The notes below the pieces were generated by a model that was not told the origin of the DNA, did no database searches, and worked only from the letters and a program-made list of their open reading frames with translations. Of a stretch of 64,000 nt of DNA, positions 14,894 through 30,488 are shown in pieces; the stretch's first letter is position 1; the number at the start of each line of letters is the position of its first letter. Position numbers and translations under genes: made by a program. The stretch lies in the NCBI RefSeq assembly GCF_009914755.1, contig NC_060933.1. One strand, written 5' to 3'. The stretch is from the human T2T-CHM13v2.0 reference genome, Homo sapiens.

Positions 14894-15710
14894 TGTCTTA
14901 GTCTGTTCAAGCTGCCATAACAAAATACCATAGACTGGTGTCTTGTAAACAATAGATATTTATTTCTGATAGTTCTAGAGACTAGAAGTCCAAGATCAAG
15001 GTGCCAACCTATTTGATGTCTGGTGAGGGCCTATGCTTTGGTTCATCGATGGTGTCTTCTTGCTGTGTCTTCACATGGTAGAAGGAATGAGGGAACTCTC
15101 TCTGGTCTTTTTTATAAGGGCACTAATTTCATTCATGAGGGCTCCACCTTCAAAATGCAATCATCTCCCAAAGGCCCCTCCTCCAAATATCATCACTTTG
15201 GGGATTAGGATTTTGTGATGGTTAATACTGAGTGTTACTTGATTGGATTGAAGGATACAAAGTATTGATAGTGGGTGTGTCTATGAGGGTGTTGCTAAAG
15301 GAGATTAACATTTCAGTCAGTGGGCTGGGAAAGGCAGACCCACCCTTAATCTGGGTGGGTACAATCTAATCAGCTGCCAGATCGGCTTGAATATAAGCAG
15401 GCAGAAAAAAGTGAAAAGAGAGACTGGCCTAGCCTCCCAGCCTACATCTTTCTCCCATGCTGTAAGCTTCCTGCCCTCGAACATCGGACTCCAGGTTCTT
15501 CAGTTTTGGAACTCAGACTGGCTCTCCTTGCTCCTCAGCCTGCCAACAACATATTGTGGGACCTGGTGATCCATCGTGTGAGTTAACACTGAATAAATTC
15601 CCCTTTATATACATATTTATTCTATTAGTTCTGTCCCTCTAGAGAACCCTGACTAATACAGGATTTCAACATATAAATTTTAGGAGAATGCAAACATTTA
15701 GACCATAACA
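14894..15710 (-). mobile_element. MLT1A-type MaLR solo LTR interrupted by MLT2A1
   Basis: tgtcttagtctgttcaagctgccataacaaaatacc...gaccataaca; flanks ccctt/ccctc (4/5 TSD match). Confidence 0.85.
15214..15660 (+). mobile_element. MLT2A1 (HERV-L) solo LTR, full length
   Basis: tgtgatggttaatactgagtg...ctagagaaccctgactaataca, 447 bp; flanked by direct repeat ggattt (15208-15213 and 15661-15666). Confidence 0.92.
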
Positions 15711-15779
15711 CCCTCCTGCAATAAACACTTAGACATTGTCAACAAAATGGTGCAAACTTTTACAGGCATAGCCCCGCTA

Positions 15780-16600
15780 GTCATAACAAAAGAGAAATCT
15801 GCTAGTGCTATGAGTCAAAATAGAACTATAAATGAGAGTAGAAATGCATGAGCTAATACTGCTGCTGGGGTAAGGGTGGCCCTTAAACTAGGGACTAGGG
15901 TGTTTAACACATATTCAGAAACAGAAGACATGACCTTGGGCTCACCAGAGGTCTACCTGAGAATTGTAAAATCCATTAAAGAGGCACTTTCTCATGGAAG
16001 GAAAGGAGTATATAAAACCACCTCTCACCATAAAATGAATTCAAGAAAACATGTCCAACTCTCTCTAGTCTCTGGTTGGAAAAAAAATCCTCCAAGAATC
16101 TGTGAAATTAAAATCATAATCCTGTTTCACTTTTGGGAGTCAGGTTTGAATTTAAATTTCCTTTATGGTTTGTGAAGCCACAAGCTTTTCTATTAACATA
16201 CAAATGATCCCAGGTCTGTGGTCCCCTTTGGGCACCTGGAGAATTCCAACACAGTTACTCTCTGGAGAGATATACCCTCACCTCAGGCTGCACAGGAAGA
16301 TGAGCTTACTACCCCAAAGCACAAAACATAAAAGAAAATGATCCACCATGAGTAAGAGGGAACAGATGTAAGAAACAGCTGATAAAAATCTGCTACCATT
16401 TCAATTAATGGAACCATATGATATAAACTACAAAATCAGTATATTTTTAGAAAAAAACAAAGACACAAAGATGCATTAAAACCATAAGAAATGACTAAAA
16501 TACATTGAAATATATCAGGTAGATAAAAATGAAAATTAAAATAGTCATCTGATAAAAAATACTTACAGCATGGAAATAGCACTTTAGATACAACCAAGGA
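15780..16600 (+). mobile_element. Old L1M/HAL1-like 5'/ORF1 fragment
   Basis: Very A-rich decayed ORF1-like sequence (ccaccatgagtaagag...atagcactttagatacaacc); approximate bounds. Confidence 0.4.
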
Positions 16601-17264
16601 GGGAATGGGTTGAGTAGGGCATTGGGTCCCTTATTTGAAAACTATGGACCAAGCCCTATTCTGCTGTTTCTTTTTCTCCCCTGTACTTGCAACTAGGCTG
16701 GGCCAAGGAGAACTAGATTAGAACAAGCACTACTTCCTGAGTACATCCCTATACGGCTGCTCTAAATCATTCATTTAGCAGAACGACCTTCAAATTCTTT
16801 GATGTTAGAAATCTTCTGTAACTTTTCTGCAGAAACAAATGATCACCTGTTAATTGACTCTGGGATGGTAAAATCTGTCAAATATCACAAAAGATCTGAT
16901 CTTCTAGTCTAACATTTCAGACTTTGGAACATAACATCTTGTTTATGGCCTGGTATGTAACTTCTTTTAGGGACAGAGAATGCATTAATATATGGATGGA
17001 GAAATGCAATTGAGAGCAAAATTCCCATTTTAGGGTAGAAATCTAACTCACACAAAAACTGCTAAATCTATCAACCTACACGTTTTCCTGAAAGCTAACA
17101 GCTTCCTAAACCGACAGAATAGCAAATACTCCAAATACTCTGCATTATTTCATTTAAACTTAACAGAAATCTTAAGATTTGGATATCATTTTATTTTTGA
17201 AAGTTACAGATAAGAAAAATGAGGCCTGTAGAAGCATTTTATCCACACATAAGCAGATCTCAGG

Positions 17265-17856
<592 letters not shown>

Positions 17857-18265
17857 TGATCCCAGTTTTTAGCACCAAAGCTCATGGACTCTATCTCTGT
17901 ACTCCACCATATTCCTTTCCTTGAATTCTGAATCATAATTAACCAAGTTTAACATTGAAATTCTGAGCACCCATGCTGGAGTTATAAGACCACCTGCCAA
18001 ATGCATTTGAAAGTTTCGTTTCTTCGTTTTGTTTTATTTTTTTTCCCCCTAATCCAGCAATAAAGAAACTAACAGCAAAATTCAAACCTACTACCCCCTG
18101 CTAGGGTCAGCTGTTCTGTGAAAACATGGCTGCTGAAAACTCTCACTTCAAATTTCACCCTAGGTTCAACGTATGGCCAAAATGTGAGTCTCTCCTCAGG
18201 CTCCTCTGGGGCCTCTTCAGCTACACAGAGCAGTGGTTATGTGTGAGGACATTAAGAGTTCATCA

Positions 18266-18808
<543 letters not shown>

Positions 18809-21396
18809 CTATTCTCATTCTAACATTTTTCTAGGACCAATGGAAGGAAGAACAAAATTATCCATATATTAATATTTACAACTCTCTAGGCTTCCAGGTG
18901 TTTTTGTTGTTTTTGGGTTTTTATTATTATTATCAATTTAACCTCGAGAATCACTACATATTCTTTTAGCTACTATTTCTGATCCCTTTGCACATGGCTG
19001 GTACAGAGCTGTGTTCTTTAGATGTGTTACTGCCTGTAAATACAAAAATTCCACAAGATCATGATTATTGTCTCTCTTTTATAGACAAGGGAAGTGAAGC
19101 CAAAAGAGATTTCACTTGTTAAGTAGAAGAACCAGGATTTGAAATCAGGTTCTTCATTTTCTATGGCTTTGCTCTTACCGGCCATGATATACCACCTGCC
19201 CTTAGCAACAGGTGTCAAGGAACCAGAACAAAGAGGGTACTATGGGAAATTCTTTTGAGAAATCCTGGGTTAATATAATTAAACTACCTGACATGATAAT
19301 ATGCATAGGAAATCTCCCACAGGAGTAGAGAATATGGTGTATTTCCCATATTTGTTTGATCATGGGGTCTTTTTTACAGCATATCTTGTAAGATAACTGT
19401 TCTATAAAGCACACATTGGGAAATGCTTTCGTAGGCTGATGTCTCACTGGAGCAAATCCTACTTAATTATTATAACCAGTATGTAGGGTCCCAGAGTGGA
19501 CAGAATCAGGTAATCAGCCCCCTTATAGAGTACTGCTTTGGCTAAGCTTCTTTCTGTATGCATATGCTCTGAGTTTTGGTGAACGTCTGGAAGAAACCTG
19601 TCTTCGTATAATTCCATTTTGTGTGGGGAAGGTTAATGGTGCCCAGAGTTTTTTCTCCTAGAAATTTTGTGATTCTCTTTTTCACTTTTTTTTTCCCTAA
19701 AACACCATAGAGACTTCTTTTTCCTGCCAGTGGCTTTTAACAGAGGCACTTAATTGGTATTTTTGAGGCCTTTCCTTGAACTCAACTTTCAAAACAAAAC
19801 TGTGTTAAAGTTACCAAAAATTAAAGTGAAACAACACTTGACTTTATACCTTTTGACAAAATGAGAAAGAAACACTGCCAAGTTTCTCACAAGTGGCCAG
19901 TCATTTCTAAAGCAGTTTCCCCCACCTGGACCAAGCATACTACTGATATTCACAACTTGCTTCTCTACACGTTCCCCTCAACTTGGTGGCAATAATCGCA
20001 GTGTAGATAACTGATAATTAAATAAAATGGGATAAATATTGAACATGGAAAAATGGAGAAATGTTCTCTAACAGATGAAGGAAGGAAGAGACTTGAGATA
20101 TTAAAAGGGAAGTGAGGGTGGGGTGTTCTGTCTTTGTATAATATCAGAACTAGGAAACAGCCTGTGAGATGTTTCTGCTCTTTAGTGGTCATTTTAATAC
20201 CGTGTTTATGAACAATAGGAAAGAAAGAAGAATTCTAGTTGTTCTTCTCTTTGAGTCTTCAGAGTTCTTACATATAATACCGTCATTCTTGGACCCTGGA
20301 ATCATAAAATGTATGAGTAAAAGTGACCCTGGAAGTCATCCAATCCAATGACTTAAAACACCGTGTTCCATGCAGTCAGAGGACAGATGCAAAGGAACCT
20401 CTGGGGTTAAGGGCTCCGGGTCCCATCTTTCACTTCAGGGAGAGCAGCTCCATGTTCTTCCTGGGGGAAAAATAAAAAAAAATTGTATTAAGCTGGGTCT
20501 TCTAGTCAACATGGCATTTGGAGTTCATGCTATTGCCTCTGTGATCTGCATCTAAGACCTGAAATGTCAAAAATACGGTTTTAATTGAGTAAGCACAGCA
20601 ACACGTTCAGAATAGAGAATAGGAAGAATCTAAGAGAGGCCAAGAGGAGGTGGCATTTGATTAAAGGAAGGAGAAGCTCCAGAGACTTGAAACTATGGAT
20701 AACAGCAGTGAAGGGCCTAGAGGCAACACCATGGGCATTTCCTACCACTGGATGGGAATGACAAGCACACAAGGGGCAGAAGGGTATTGATGGGGCTGAG
20801 AGGTGGCCAGGGTCTGTGAGCCATCCCCACTTCAAGCTTTTAGTAACAAGGAGTTATAAATAGAGGGACCATTTCCAGGTAGGAGACAAGGCAGAACCCG
20901 AGTGACCAGAAATCTTGAGAGATCAGTGGGAAAAATCCTTCTCTTCCTGCTACATTCCACCCATTCCTTAATCCTACTGAAAACAGTGAGGGAAAGACTT
21001 CAGTAGAAGCTTCTACCCTTTAAAAAGTTAGCTCACGGTCTTGAAGTTAAGGTCAACTATAAACATAAGCTATGGACAAGAATTACAAGATATGTGAGAA
21101 CTAGCACAATGAAAGGGAGAGAACGAAGAGGGAAAATGCGGACAGAAAATGCAGACAAGAAATTTAGAATAAGCATAATTAACATTATCAACAAAATAGG
21201 TAAGTAGAGCTTCTACGAAACAAAATTAAGAGGTTGTGTAAAAGAAGAAGCAGGAGGTCTTAGTAATGAAATTGACATGGTTATATAATGAAAAGAATAA
21301 CAGGAACCAGAGAAGAGATAGACTGAATAGCAGAATGGACAGAGTCAAGGAGAAACTGGTGATCTGGAAGAGTAAAAATCTCTCAGAATGAATTTC

Positions 21397-21770
21397 TGTA
21401 ACAGGAGATGCACCCCCAGATCCCCTTCAAGGAAAAAACTCACTGTCCAGCTGCTGGACTGTGCTTAGCTGCCAGTCTTCAGCTAGTAGCATCGTAAGCA
21501 TCCACCCCAGCTTTTGAGTCAAGATCATGCTACTCTCAGGGCAGCCTCTAGCCAGTGACTGAGCAAGACAGTGGGAAGCTGGGGATTCTCTCATGGGTGA
21601 CCTTGACAGATCCCTGACAGGCTATCAGGGACTGCCAGGTAAAAATAGTATGCTGACAGCTCCCTCACCCACCCAATCCTGCCACTCCCTTTTAATTTCA
21701 AAGGTGTTATTCACCATTCAAACTTTTCAACTTTGCCACAGCATCCTATTCTTGGAAATCCAAAGCTACC
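21397..21770 (+). mobile_element. LTR16-type ERVL solo LTR
   Basis: tgtaacagg...cccagatccccttcaagg...gggcagcctctagccagtgactgagc resembles LTR16; sits within old L1M sequence. Confidence 0.6.
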
Positions 21771-22048
21771 ACAGCATCTGAAAGGTATAGGAAGATTGAA
21801 AGCACAAACAAGAACCCAAGAAACATGGGGCAAACAAGGACTCACAGGTATTGGGGGAATAATGTCCCAAGTCCACAACTTAATCCCTGGAACGTGTGAC
21901 TATGTCACAAAATAAATGTAAAATAAGAATGCTATATGCAACTAAATTATAACTTGAATATGAGATAAATAATGATACTTATGGGCAGACAAGAACTTAA
22001 AAAATCAGTAGCAAAAATATTTCTAATGCAAGATTAAAGAATATACCA

Positions 22049-22282
22049 GAGGTTAAGTATTCCTTATCCAAAATACTTGGAAAAATAAGTGTTTCAGATT
22101 GTGTATTTTTTTAGATTTTGGAATATTTGCACATACTTACCAGTTGAGCATCCCCAATTTGAAAATAAAAAATATCAAAATGTTCTGATGGCATTTCTTT
22201 GAGTGTCATGTAAGCACTGAAAAAGTTTCTGTTCTGAAACATTTTGTATTTTGGCTCTTTCGGTTAAAGATACTCCACATGT
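22049..22282 (+). mobile_element. Tigger4a (Zombi) MITE
   Basis: aggttaagtattccttatccaaaatacttgg...ttttggaatatttgca...cagttgagcatcccc...gatactccacatg. Confidence 0.8.
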
Positions 22283-22299
22283 ATAAGAATAATGAATAC

Positions 22300-23290
22300 A
22301 AAAGGAAGTAATGATAGGCAATAAGTAATTGTGAGTAAAGAAAATACCACATTGGTGTCTAGATTAGACATACATATGTACTTTTTTCTCTATAACAATC
22401 TGGAATTCAAATTCCAATGCTTCCAACCAGGTGATGGGAGTCAGAGAAGAAAGCATAACTGATTTCTCTGTCTTTAATAGATAACTGGTTAACCTTAGTT
22501 GTTGCTAGAAAAAAATAAATTAATAGAATGTTTGATAACAATTGTGGGAAACTCCTTAAATAATAGAAACCAAATAAGTAACTTTCAGACTAGAATAGGA
22601 AAAAATGGAAACCAAAACTTTATCAATTTAAGAGAAACAGGAAAGTGATAATTAAAAAAAGAAGGTAGGTAAACAAAAAAATTAATAACAAAGACAGTCA
22701 GTAATATGTTACTTACAAGAACTATTTATTTCAAAATAAGGAAGAAAAACATATATTTGAACATATAAACCAAAAGAAAGCTTGAATAGCAATATTTATA
22801 TCAAATAAACTGAAATTTAGGGCAAAAAGTTTTATTATAATGGAGAAAAGAAAATATTTCATGGTAATAATCCTAGCAATATACAAAGAAAATGAATCAT
22901 TTATGATTTTGTCTCCTCTAATTATATAAAGTCCAAATGTTTCAGCAAATTCCAAATAACTATGCATTATACTGATTATATTATCTTATCAAATAATTAA
23001 ATTGGAAATGAAATAAGAAGCTCAGTAAAATTTCAATATTGTAGACTAAAAATTGTTATTAAAAATATTTTTATTGTTTTAAAATTTTGAAAACCCATTA
23101 GCTGATTCTATTTTACAAGTTGGGGTAAAGGAGAACTTACAGACACAAAAGTCAGGTGTTCAAGCCCAAACAATGCAGGAAAACTAAGGCGCTGGAAATC
23201 CTTGTCAACAGAATCCAACTGGAGAAAAAATATATTTTTAATATAAATTGTATAAATATAAACCATAAATGAAATTAAATAAGTAAATTA
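22300..23290 (+). mobile_element. Old L1M fragments (also ~21050-21390)
   Basis: Strongly A-rich, with decayed L1 ORF2 endonuclease-region motifs (gcaatatttatatcaaataaactgaaatttagggcaaaaag). Confidence 0.5.
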
Positions 23291-26200
23291 AGCCCAAACT
23301 GAGAAGATTCAGCCTCTGCTACCAATGCTGTGTTTTTAGTATGGTATAAGGCCCTTTGATTTTAAAGTGAGTGTCAAAAAGGCTGGGAGAAGTTTAAACC
23401 CTGGGGTGGAGAGTGGTGACACCAGAATTCCGATAATGCTGGATAATAGGGAATAACTATGACACTGGAGTATATATTTAAGTTTGAGGATCATTTTAAC
23501 TGCAATGTACCAAAATAAGACTTTTTTTTTCTTGTCAGGCTTCTTGGTAAATTTTTATTCTTAATTTTTTTTCCTTCATGAGCACCATTTTTTTCCATAT
23601 GAGACTCAAAGTTAGAAAGCAGTGGGGTTAACGTGATCATTAGTGCCATATGTTCTAAGGGGAAAAATAAATAAAGGATACCCAAAGTAACTGTCCATCA
23701 ATGGGGAGTCACTGCTATCTGGGAGAGAGGGCAACACCAGAAAGGAGAAAGGGGCACAAGCACACCTGCAGAGTTAAAGGAAGTAAGTGGAGAGGGTGCA
23801 GAGGCAAAATGCTACGTTTCCTGTGGAAAATGTCAGTCCCATCTGCTTTTGAAGGATGATGGAGAAGACGTAATTGGTAGAATGGTTTACATTGGAAGCC
23901 TCTGAAGATGGAAGGTTGTAGACTGGCCTGGGGAGAGGGTAAGGGGCATAAGAGAGAACCATGTGTGGAAATTAACAGCAATGTTGCCATGATGATTGCT
24001 GATTGATGACAAGAGAACCTGATTGTAGAATCAAGAGGGCAAAGTAACTGTGAATACCCAATACGTATAGAATCATTGTCACTACCATGATCAACTCTGA
24101 TACTGATATCTTTGAGGACAATTGAGGAGCATGGTAACCCATAAGTTGCTCCTGATGTCCTACAGAAGAATAATTGAGAGGGAACATCGCACATGTGCAT
24201 GCGTGTGTATGTGCACACACACACACACAGATTGCTAAGGCTGTATTTTGAATTTCTGTAAGTGAATACATGAAAAACACTCTCCAACACCCATGCCTTC
24301 CTGCTGTCTTGGGAAAAAAATAGAAGAGACATATGGTTTAGGGTTGCATATATATTTCATTTGTAAAAGAGAAGCCCAATAACCTGGGTACATGAAGCAA
24401 AGATAAGCTGAAGACAGGCAGGTGGAAAAAAGACTGTGTGACACTCTGGGAAAAGTGTGTTTTAATGAGATAATATTGAATTGAACTTATGAAGTCTAAT
24501 GGGCTAGTCTTGTTGCTTCCACTAGCTATGGCAAGTCAATTATTCCTTCTTAACTCAGTGTCCTTGAAATATAAGAGACTGGACTGATCTCTGAGGTCCC
24601 TCAAAGTTCTTTCTGCTTCCAGTACAACTGCTTAATGAATTGTATATCTTTGGACCCATTTGAACTCATTACCCAACCATTCTGAACCTCAGGTTTTATG
24701 GTTACACACACAGAGAAGTACACATTGCACACACACACACACATACACACTTTATTTTGGTTCTATCTGAAATCAATATCTTAGGAAGATGTCATATACA
24801 TTAATCACTTAAAGAGGGCATTATATGACAGGCATTGTGTTAAGAACTTTACCTATATATTTGTGCATTTTGCTGTTGTTATTCTGACAACCCTGGGAGA
24901 CCTTTAAGGATTGATACTGCTATCTTCCTTTTTAAGGGTGGAAAACTAAAGCTCAATGCCATCTGCTGTGTGGGGCAGATCCAGAATTCAAAACTGGCCC
25001 TGGCTGGCTCCAAAATCCATCCTATAAATCACCTGCTTTGTTAGTCTGTTAGGTCACAAAATGTGATGAAATGTAATTCCTTTTGTTGAGATATATTTCA
25101 GCCCTAACTAAAGACAATTCAGACTCAGGTATTTCCCTTACTCAATTGTACAACCCACTGTGGTTGTGTCTCAGTGAAGACGAATGGAAAAAGACATATG
25201 GAAGCCCTTATGGAAACATTTATCTGACAATCCAGTTTGACGTATGTTTTACATACACATGTAATAAATGTATCCCTTCCTTTTAAACCAGAATATCTAT
25301 TGAGAATGTCATTAGTGCAATCATTGGGCTAAATTATAATTGTACCAAATGGGCTCAAATTTATATGGATACACACATTCAGCAATTTCATGGAAAATTG
25401 CTTCCAAAATTACATCTCTAGAAGGGACCTCCATTAATAATGCTCCTTGAGGCCACATAAATTCCTTTAGGATCTTTTGCTTTATGCAATTAGATGCACT
25501 GGAAAGCATCCGGCTTCTTAAAGGTAGACTTAGTTAATGAAAACATAGTGGGATTTTAAAAATAATGACTGTAAGATTGCCATGGACACAGTAGATGCTC
25601 CCACAACCAAAGAAAGATGGGTCTCCAGTGAGAATTTGACCCACATCTACACAATTATGATAAGGATAATGATAATAAACATTTAAACAGTGCTGTGCTG
25701 TTTACCAAATGTATCTAATTCCATAAACTCTTGTAATCTTCAGAGCAACTGAGAGGTGAATGGGAACAGATCTTTATCCCTTCCTTTGTATCAGTGATGA
25801 AACCAAGTCTCAGAGAATTATTGATCTGATCAAAGAAATGGCTACTGCATAGTATAGTTGGGAATTAAACTTTCTTAATTCTAGAGGAAAAGAAATGTAA
25901 TTTTTTGATATTTATTGTGGACCAGGAACTGGCTTAGAATTGTCCATATCATTTCATTATATCACTGATGGGCTTTTGCTATGAGATGAGAGAGAGAGAG
26001 TAGGTGAGAACAAGAGAGAGAAAAAGAGCTATTCAAGGTCACCCATTTATTTTCTAACAAATGTTTATTGAGTTGTCATGAGGTATTCTTGGTTCACTAA
26101 AAACAATGATGGACAAGATGAACAAGTGTTAGTAAATTTATGGGTCAGAAATTAAACCTAGGTTCACATGAACATAAAATCCTTTTGTCCCCCTCACTCA

Positions 26201-28379
26201 CCCACAGAGATTTCTACTATCTCCCTTCATCTTTTTAACTAAAAGTACAAATCATCCTGTGAAAGACCACAAATAGATATTTGCATTTCTGAAGCCAGAC
26301 TAGAAGACCAAAATCCATCAAAATCCAGAATGATGGCAAATAGTGGTGGAATTTGAAGCCGACTTGCAGGAATCAGGGAATAAAATTTGAGTTGAGTACC
26401 TTGTCTGCTGTTTCAAGCTGATGACCTTCTCCTTTTCAAGAAACCAGACTTCTGCCTTCTTTCTTCCTCTGGTATTAGGTACAAAACCATAATGACTGAT
26501 TCTTTCTCAGTTCAAGTGATCAATAAATGCAACAAGGATGGAGGAGGAACATGGCTTTCTAGAAAGAACTAGGTAGAAATCAGTTGTGGTTGGACTTTTT
26601 GAAAGTCTCCTTGAACTTCCCTCATGACAATGTGTCTTTTCCGGTCAGAGCTCTAAGAATCTTAAGGTATCATTAGTAACAGAATTCAAGAAACTTCAGG
26701 GTAAAAAAAGTGTCTTGTGTATTTCTGCCTCATTGACTCTCCATCTCGTTTCCAATCTCATCTGAAAAACATATCTTTTTCTCTCCTGACCGCATCTGCT
26801 AATTGCCCTCTCCCACGGCTATTATTTAACTGTAATATACATGAGATCACTTTAACAAGGGTATTTAACTTCATGGGGTTGTAGAGATGTTGTTTTTAAT
26901 AGTCTTAGGTTGAAAATGTAAGTGACTGAGTTTCTTAACTGAGAAGGGGCCTTATGAAAGTCCTGTCAATATTTTAGCTAGGAAAGAATTTCCTAGGCTT
27001 TTAAACCCATACCCCCAACAGTCCCCTCACCCCAGATTGGTTTAGCTTTAGATTTGTAGTTTATATTATAAAAATAAAAAAAGTATTATTTTAATTTCCA
27101 AATATGCATTTGTATTATTTGTGATGCCTTTCCAAATCACATGACATTTTCCTGTCCTGGCATCACCCCAAAGACTCTGTCATGACACGTTCTCCACCCA
27201 GTTTCAAATATTAGCTTTATCACTTTGAATCTATGTGAACCTTATAATGCTACTCAAATATTTGAAGTCTTAGCTTTCTCATCTTCAACATGGGAATGAT
27301 ATGCTCATCTCAAGTGTTCTCCCAGAATTAAATGGTATTCTTTCTATGAAACTCCTGGTATAATGGAAGAGTTTAATCCATGTTAGCTATTAGTGAGTGA
27401 AGGAGAATGTGTAACTCTTGACTAACTTAAAATCAGAGAAGTTCTTATTACACTAGAATGCTGGCTCCATGAACAATAAGACATTGCTTGATGCTCTACC
27501 CCAGCACCTAGAATTGTGCCTGGCCCACAATAGCTATCCAATTATCTGTGAGTGGATAAATATCATTTACCATTACACAGTTACTTTACAATTTGCAGAG
27601 CATTTGCAAACCTATGATCTCATTTGGTTCCCTCAACATTGTTTCACACAAATATGTCAGAAACACCTGACTGGACCAGCAAAAAAAAAATATGATTCAC
27701 CATTAATCCTGTTTCTTTGGAATTTTTCCTGGAGACCCATGGTAGAGTCCAGATCACCTTTGATGCTTCCCTTCTTTTCAACATACAGAACCAGTACCCA
27801 ATCCTCAAAGTTGTGCCTCCTAGCTTTTTTGAAACTATTCCTCCTGCCATAAGTCAAGTGGTTGGTATTCTTTACCTGAACTGATATAGCAAACTTGTCT
27901 GACTGTCTTTCAGATGCCACTGCTACTCCTTCACTTGCTCATTCTGCAAAAGTTTGTAGATCTTCTGCAAGGAGAACGGCATTGTTAAGTACCTACAGGA
28001 AGTGGTAAGCCAGATATGACCCTTGTACTTATACATCTTCCATTCTAGTGAATCTTGTTGGGATATTATGTTGACTTATTTCTGTTCCTTAGTGATCAAC
28101 TCCTCCCAATTTCATACAGTATTACTTTACATACAGTTTTAAATCCTTCAGTCTCAGGTGTCCTTTGTCTCTCCAACCTTATCTTCTTCACAATCTATTG
28201 CGCTTTCTGCGATCAATCTTGACATATAACACTCAATGCCAAATCAAATTTCTGTTTTTTTAAAGCCAAGAACATGTTATGCTTTTTTGATACTCATGGA
28301 ATTACTGTATTATCTATCTGGAATGTTCTGCTCAATTCATTTTTGCCACTATCAGAAGTGATTACAATGGTAATAGCTC

Positions 28380-28935
28380 TATTCTGAGGGATTTCTCTCT
28401 GAGAAGCACAATGCTAAGTACTATATATGGGCATACTTATATACACCCACACATAATTTCATCTCATGTAATTCTTAATAGACCATTTTATTTATGAGAA
28501 CATGTAAAATTCAGGAAAATGGGAAATTAATTAACTTACCCAAGGTCATGCAGATAGCCAGTGACAGAATATCATTCCAAACCCTATTTGACTCCAAAGT
28601 CCATGTGTTTAACTGCTCTGCTCTATAACAAGTGGGCTTGTATCATCGTTCAAGGCTTAATCCAAGGACACTTCATCTCTGAAATCTTTTTTGACTTGCC
28701 TAGGCAAAGACAGCAGTGTTTTTCCTTTACATTTACCTTACATATATTTCTATGGTGGTGTATTTTGCATGTATTTATATAAACATCTTCACTAGTTATT
28801 TGTACAGAAGTCTGTATCTGCTGTTGGCTTGCTTCAGGTTACTGATTCAGAGCTATTCTTCCCCACATTCCCTGGGCCTAGCACAGTAACCAGCCAATGA
28901 TGGGTTTCCAATAAGTGAATGATGAATGAATGACC
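28380..28935. mobile_element. MIR (minus, ~28380-28625) followed by L2 3' end (plus, ~28640-28935)
   Basis: aacttacccaaggtcatgcag...gactccaaagtccatgtgtttaac; cctagcacagtaacc...aataagtgaatgatgaatgaatga. Confidence 0.6.
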
Positions 28936-29494
28936 TGGCTGAAGCAGCACTTCCTGTTTGGAGCAGAGTGCCAATAAGGGAGAGCAAAGGGAAATAAGTG
29001 GGAGAGGTGGGTGGCAGCCGTTGATGAAGGCTCTACCCACCAGGTCATCATGCATGAATTTGACCTGATTTGTGAAAAACCTGATCAGAAATTGCTTGCA
29101 ATAGTGGAGGCAAAACACAAACACAAAAACAAAAACTCTGCTCAGTTCAGTTTACATTTTTCATCCAGTTGTTTTGGCATTGCACTGACACTTGAGCTAT
29201 AGGTCGGAGCTAAGTTCACCTGGGTTTAATTGGAAAGTACATAGGCTTGTTTGGGGAATGCTCTAGGGAGCAGGTGAGCAAGAGACTTCTGCTATCAACT
29301 TGAAAAATAGCTGTATGAGAATTTTAAAAATCAACAAACCCCACTGTGTTCTTCAGCAACATGCCTTTCATTTTCTGTGGCTATGTCTGGTCTCTTTTTA
29401 GTTTAAGATGAAGAATGAAGATGACATGTATTGATTTGGTCTAACAACTGGTTTGGGAGTGATTTGAAAAACACATAGCCCATCAGCAGTAGAT

Positions 29495-30035
29495 TGATTA
29501 TATTAATGGCCCCAATTCTTTGATCCTCAAATTCACACCCTTTGCGTGACAGCTTTGTGGTGTCTCTCACTCTGATTCTGAACCTAGTCACATGACTGGA
29601 TAGGTAACCAGTTGTCCTGATTTTAGCACTGAAGATCCCACACCTTCGGAAGCCCCTTGGGCCCAGGGAAACCCTTCAGCTACACAAAAATCAGGATGGT
29701 TGGTCATTCCACTTGCCAGTGGGAGGTCAGGAGAAGTGACACAAGCAGAGACTAGCAACACACTTGTTAGGTAGGCTTGTCCCCGTTATTACACCTCTTC
29801 TATCACCATGAAAACATGTCCAGAATACCCTGCAGAATGCTAAGAAATACACGAAGGAGAGCCAAGTCATTCCAGTTGCCCCAGACCAAGACAGACTAGA
29901 AACGCTACCAATCCAAGGACTCTTAGACCTTGTGTGTAAGGAGATATATTAGTCATGGATCCAGGCCACAGAGAAGTGTAGGTATACAAATACAAGCAGA
30001 ACAGTAAGTAGCCTTCACATACCTGAGAGCTATCG
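29495..30035 (+). mobile_element. MLT1G/H-type MaLR LTR interrupted by MER81
   Basis: taatggccccaattc...cacatgact | tgccagtggg...agaagtgacacaagcagagac; approximate bounds. Confidence 0.55.
29600..29712. mobile_element. MER81 (hAT-Blackjack MITE)
   Basis: aggtaaccagttgtcctgattttagcactgaagatcccac...caggatggttggtcattcc. Confidence 0.65.
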
Positions 30036-30099
30036 TTAGAAGAGAGCAGATTCATTTTGCCTATGTTCAATGAATAAAATTATGATCAGTATGTAGAAT

Positions 30100-30260
30100 C
30101 TACAGGAAGATAAATGTAGATAAAATTAGATTTCTTCATGAGAAAGAATTTTCTAGCTATCACAGCTGCTGAAAGCTGTTCAAAGTTGGCTCCTTAGTGA
30201 AGTACTGAGCTAACTCACAGTGGAGACATTGATGCAGAGGCTGGAAAGTGAGCTGACACA
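30100..30260 (+). mobile_element. CR1/L3 3' fragment
   Basis: gaaagaattttctagc...gaagtactgagctaactcacagtggagacattgatgcagaggctgg. Confidence 0.45.
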
Positions 30261-30447
30261 GGTGCTGTAAAGTATTCAACTCAACTGGTGGGCTGAGCTC
30301 TGTGCTGGGCACAGGAATACAAAGATGAGCCTCTTGAATAACTTACAGTAAAGATGGAGAAGTAAATGATGACCTTTCGTGATGATAAGTGCAAAGCAGT
30401 AGCTAACAACCTCACAGAAGTAGTTCCAGGGAAGGATTTTTTGTTTT

Positions 30448-30450
<3 letters not shown>

Positions 30451-30486
<36 letters not shown>
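30451..30486. repeat. (GT)18 microsatellite
   Basis: 18 uninterrupted GT units. Confidence 0.98.

Positions 30487-30488
<2 letters not shown>

Noticed and set aside
23715-24332. Longest ORF in the window (205 aa, minus strand)
   Set aside because: It has no recognisable domain, runs through a (CA)n/(TG)n tract (VCVC) and has no supporting exon structure. Consistent with a chance ORF.
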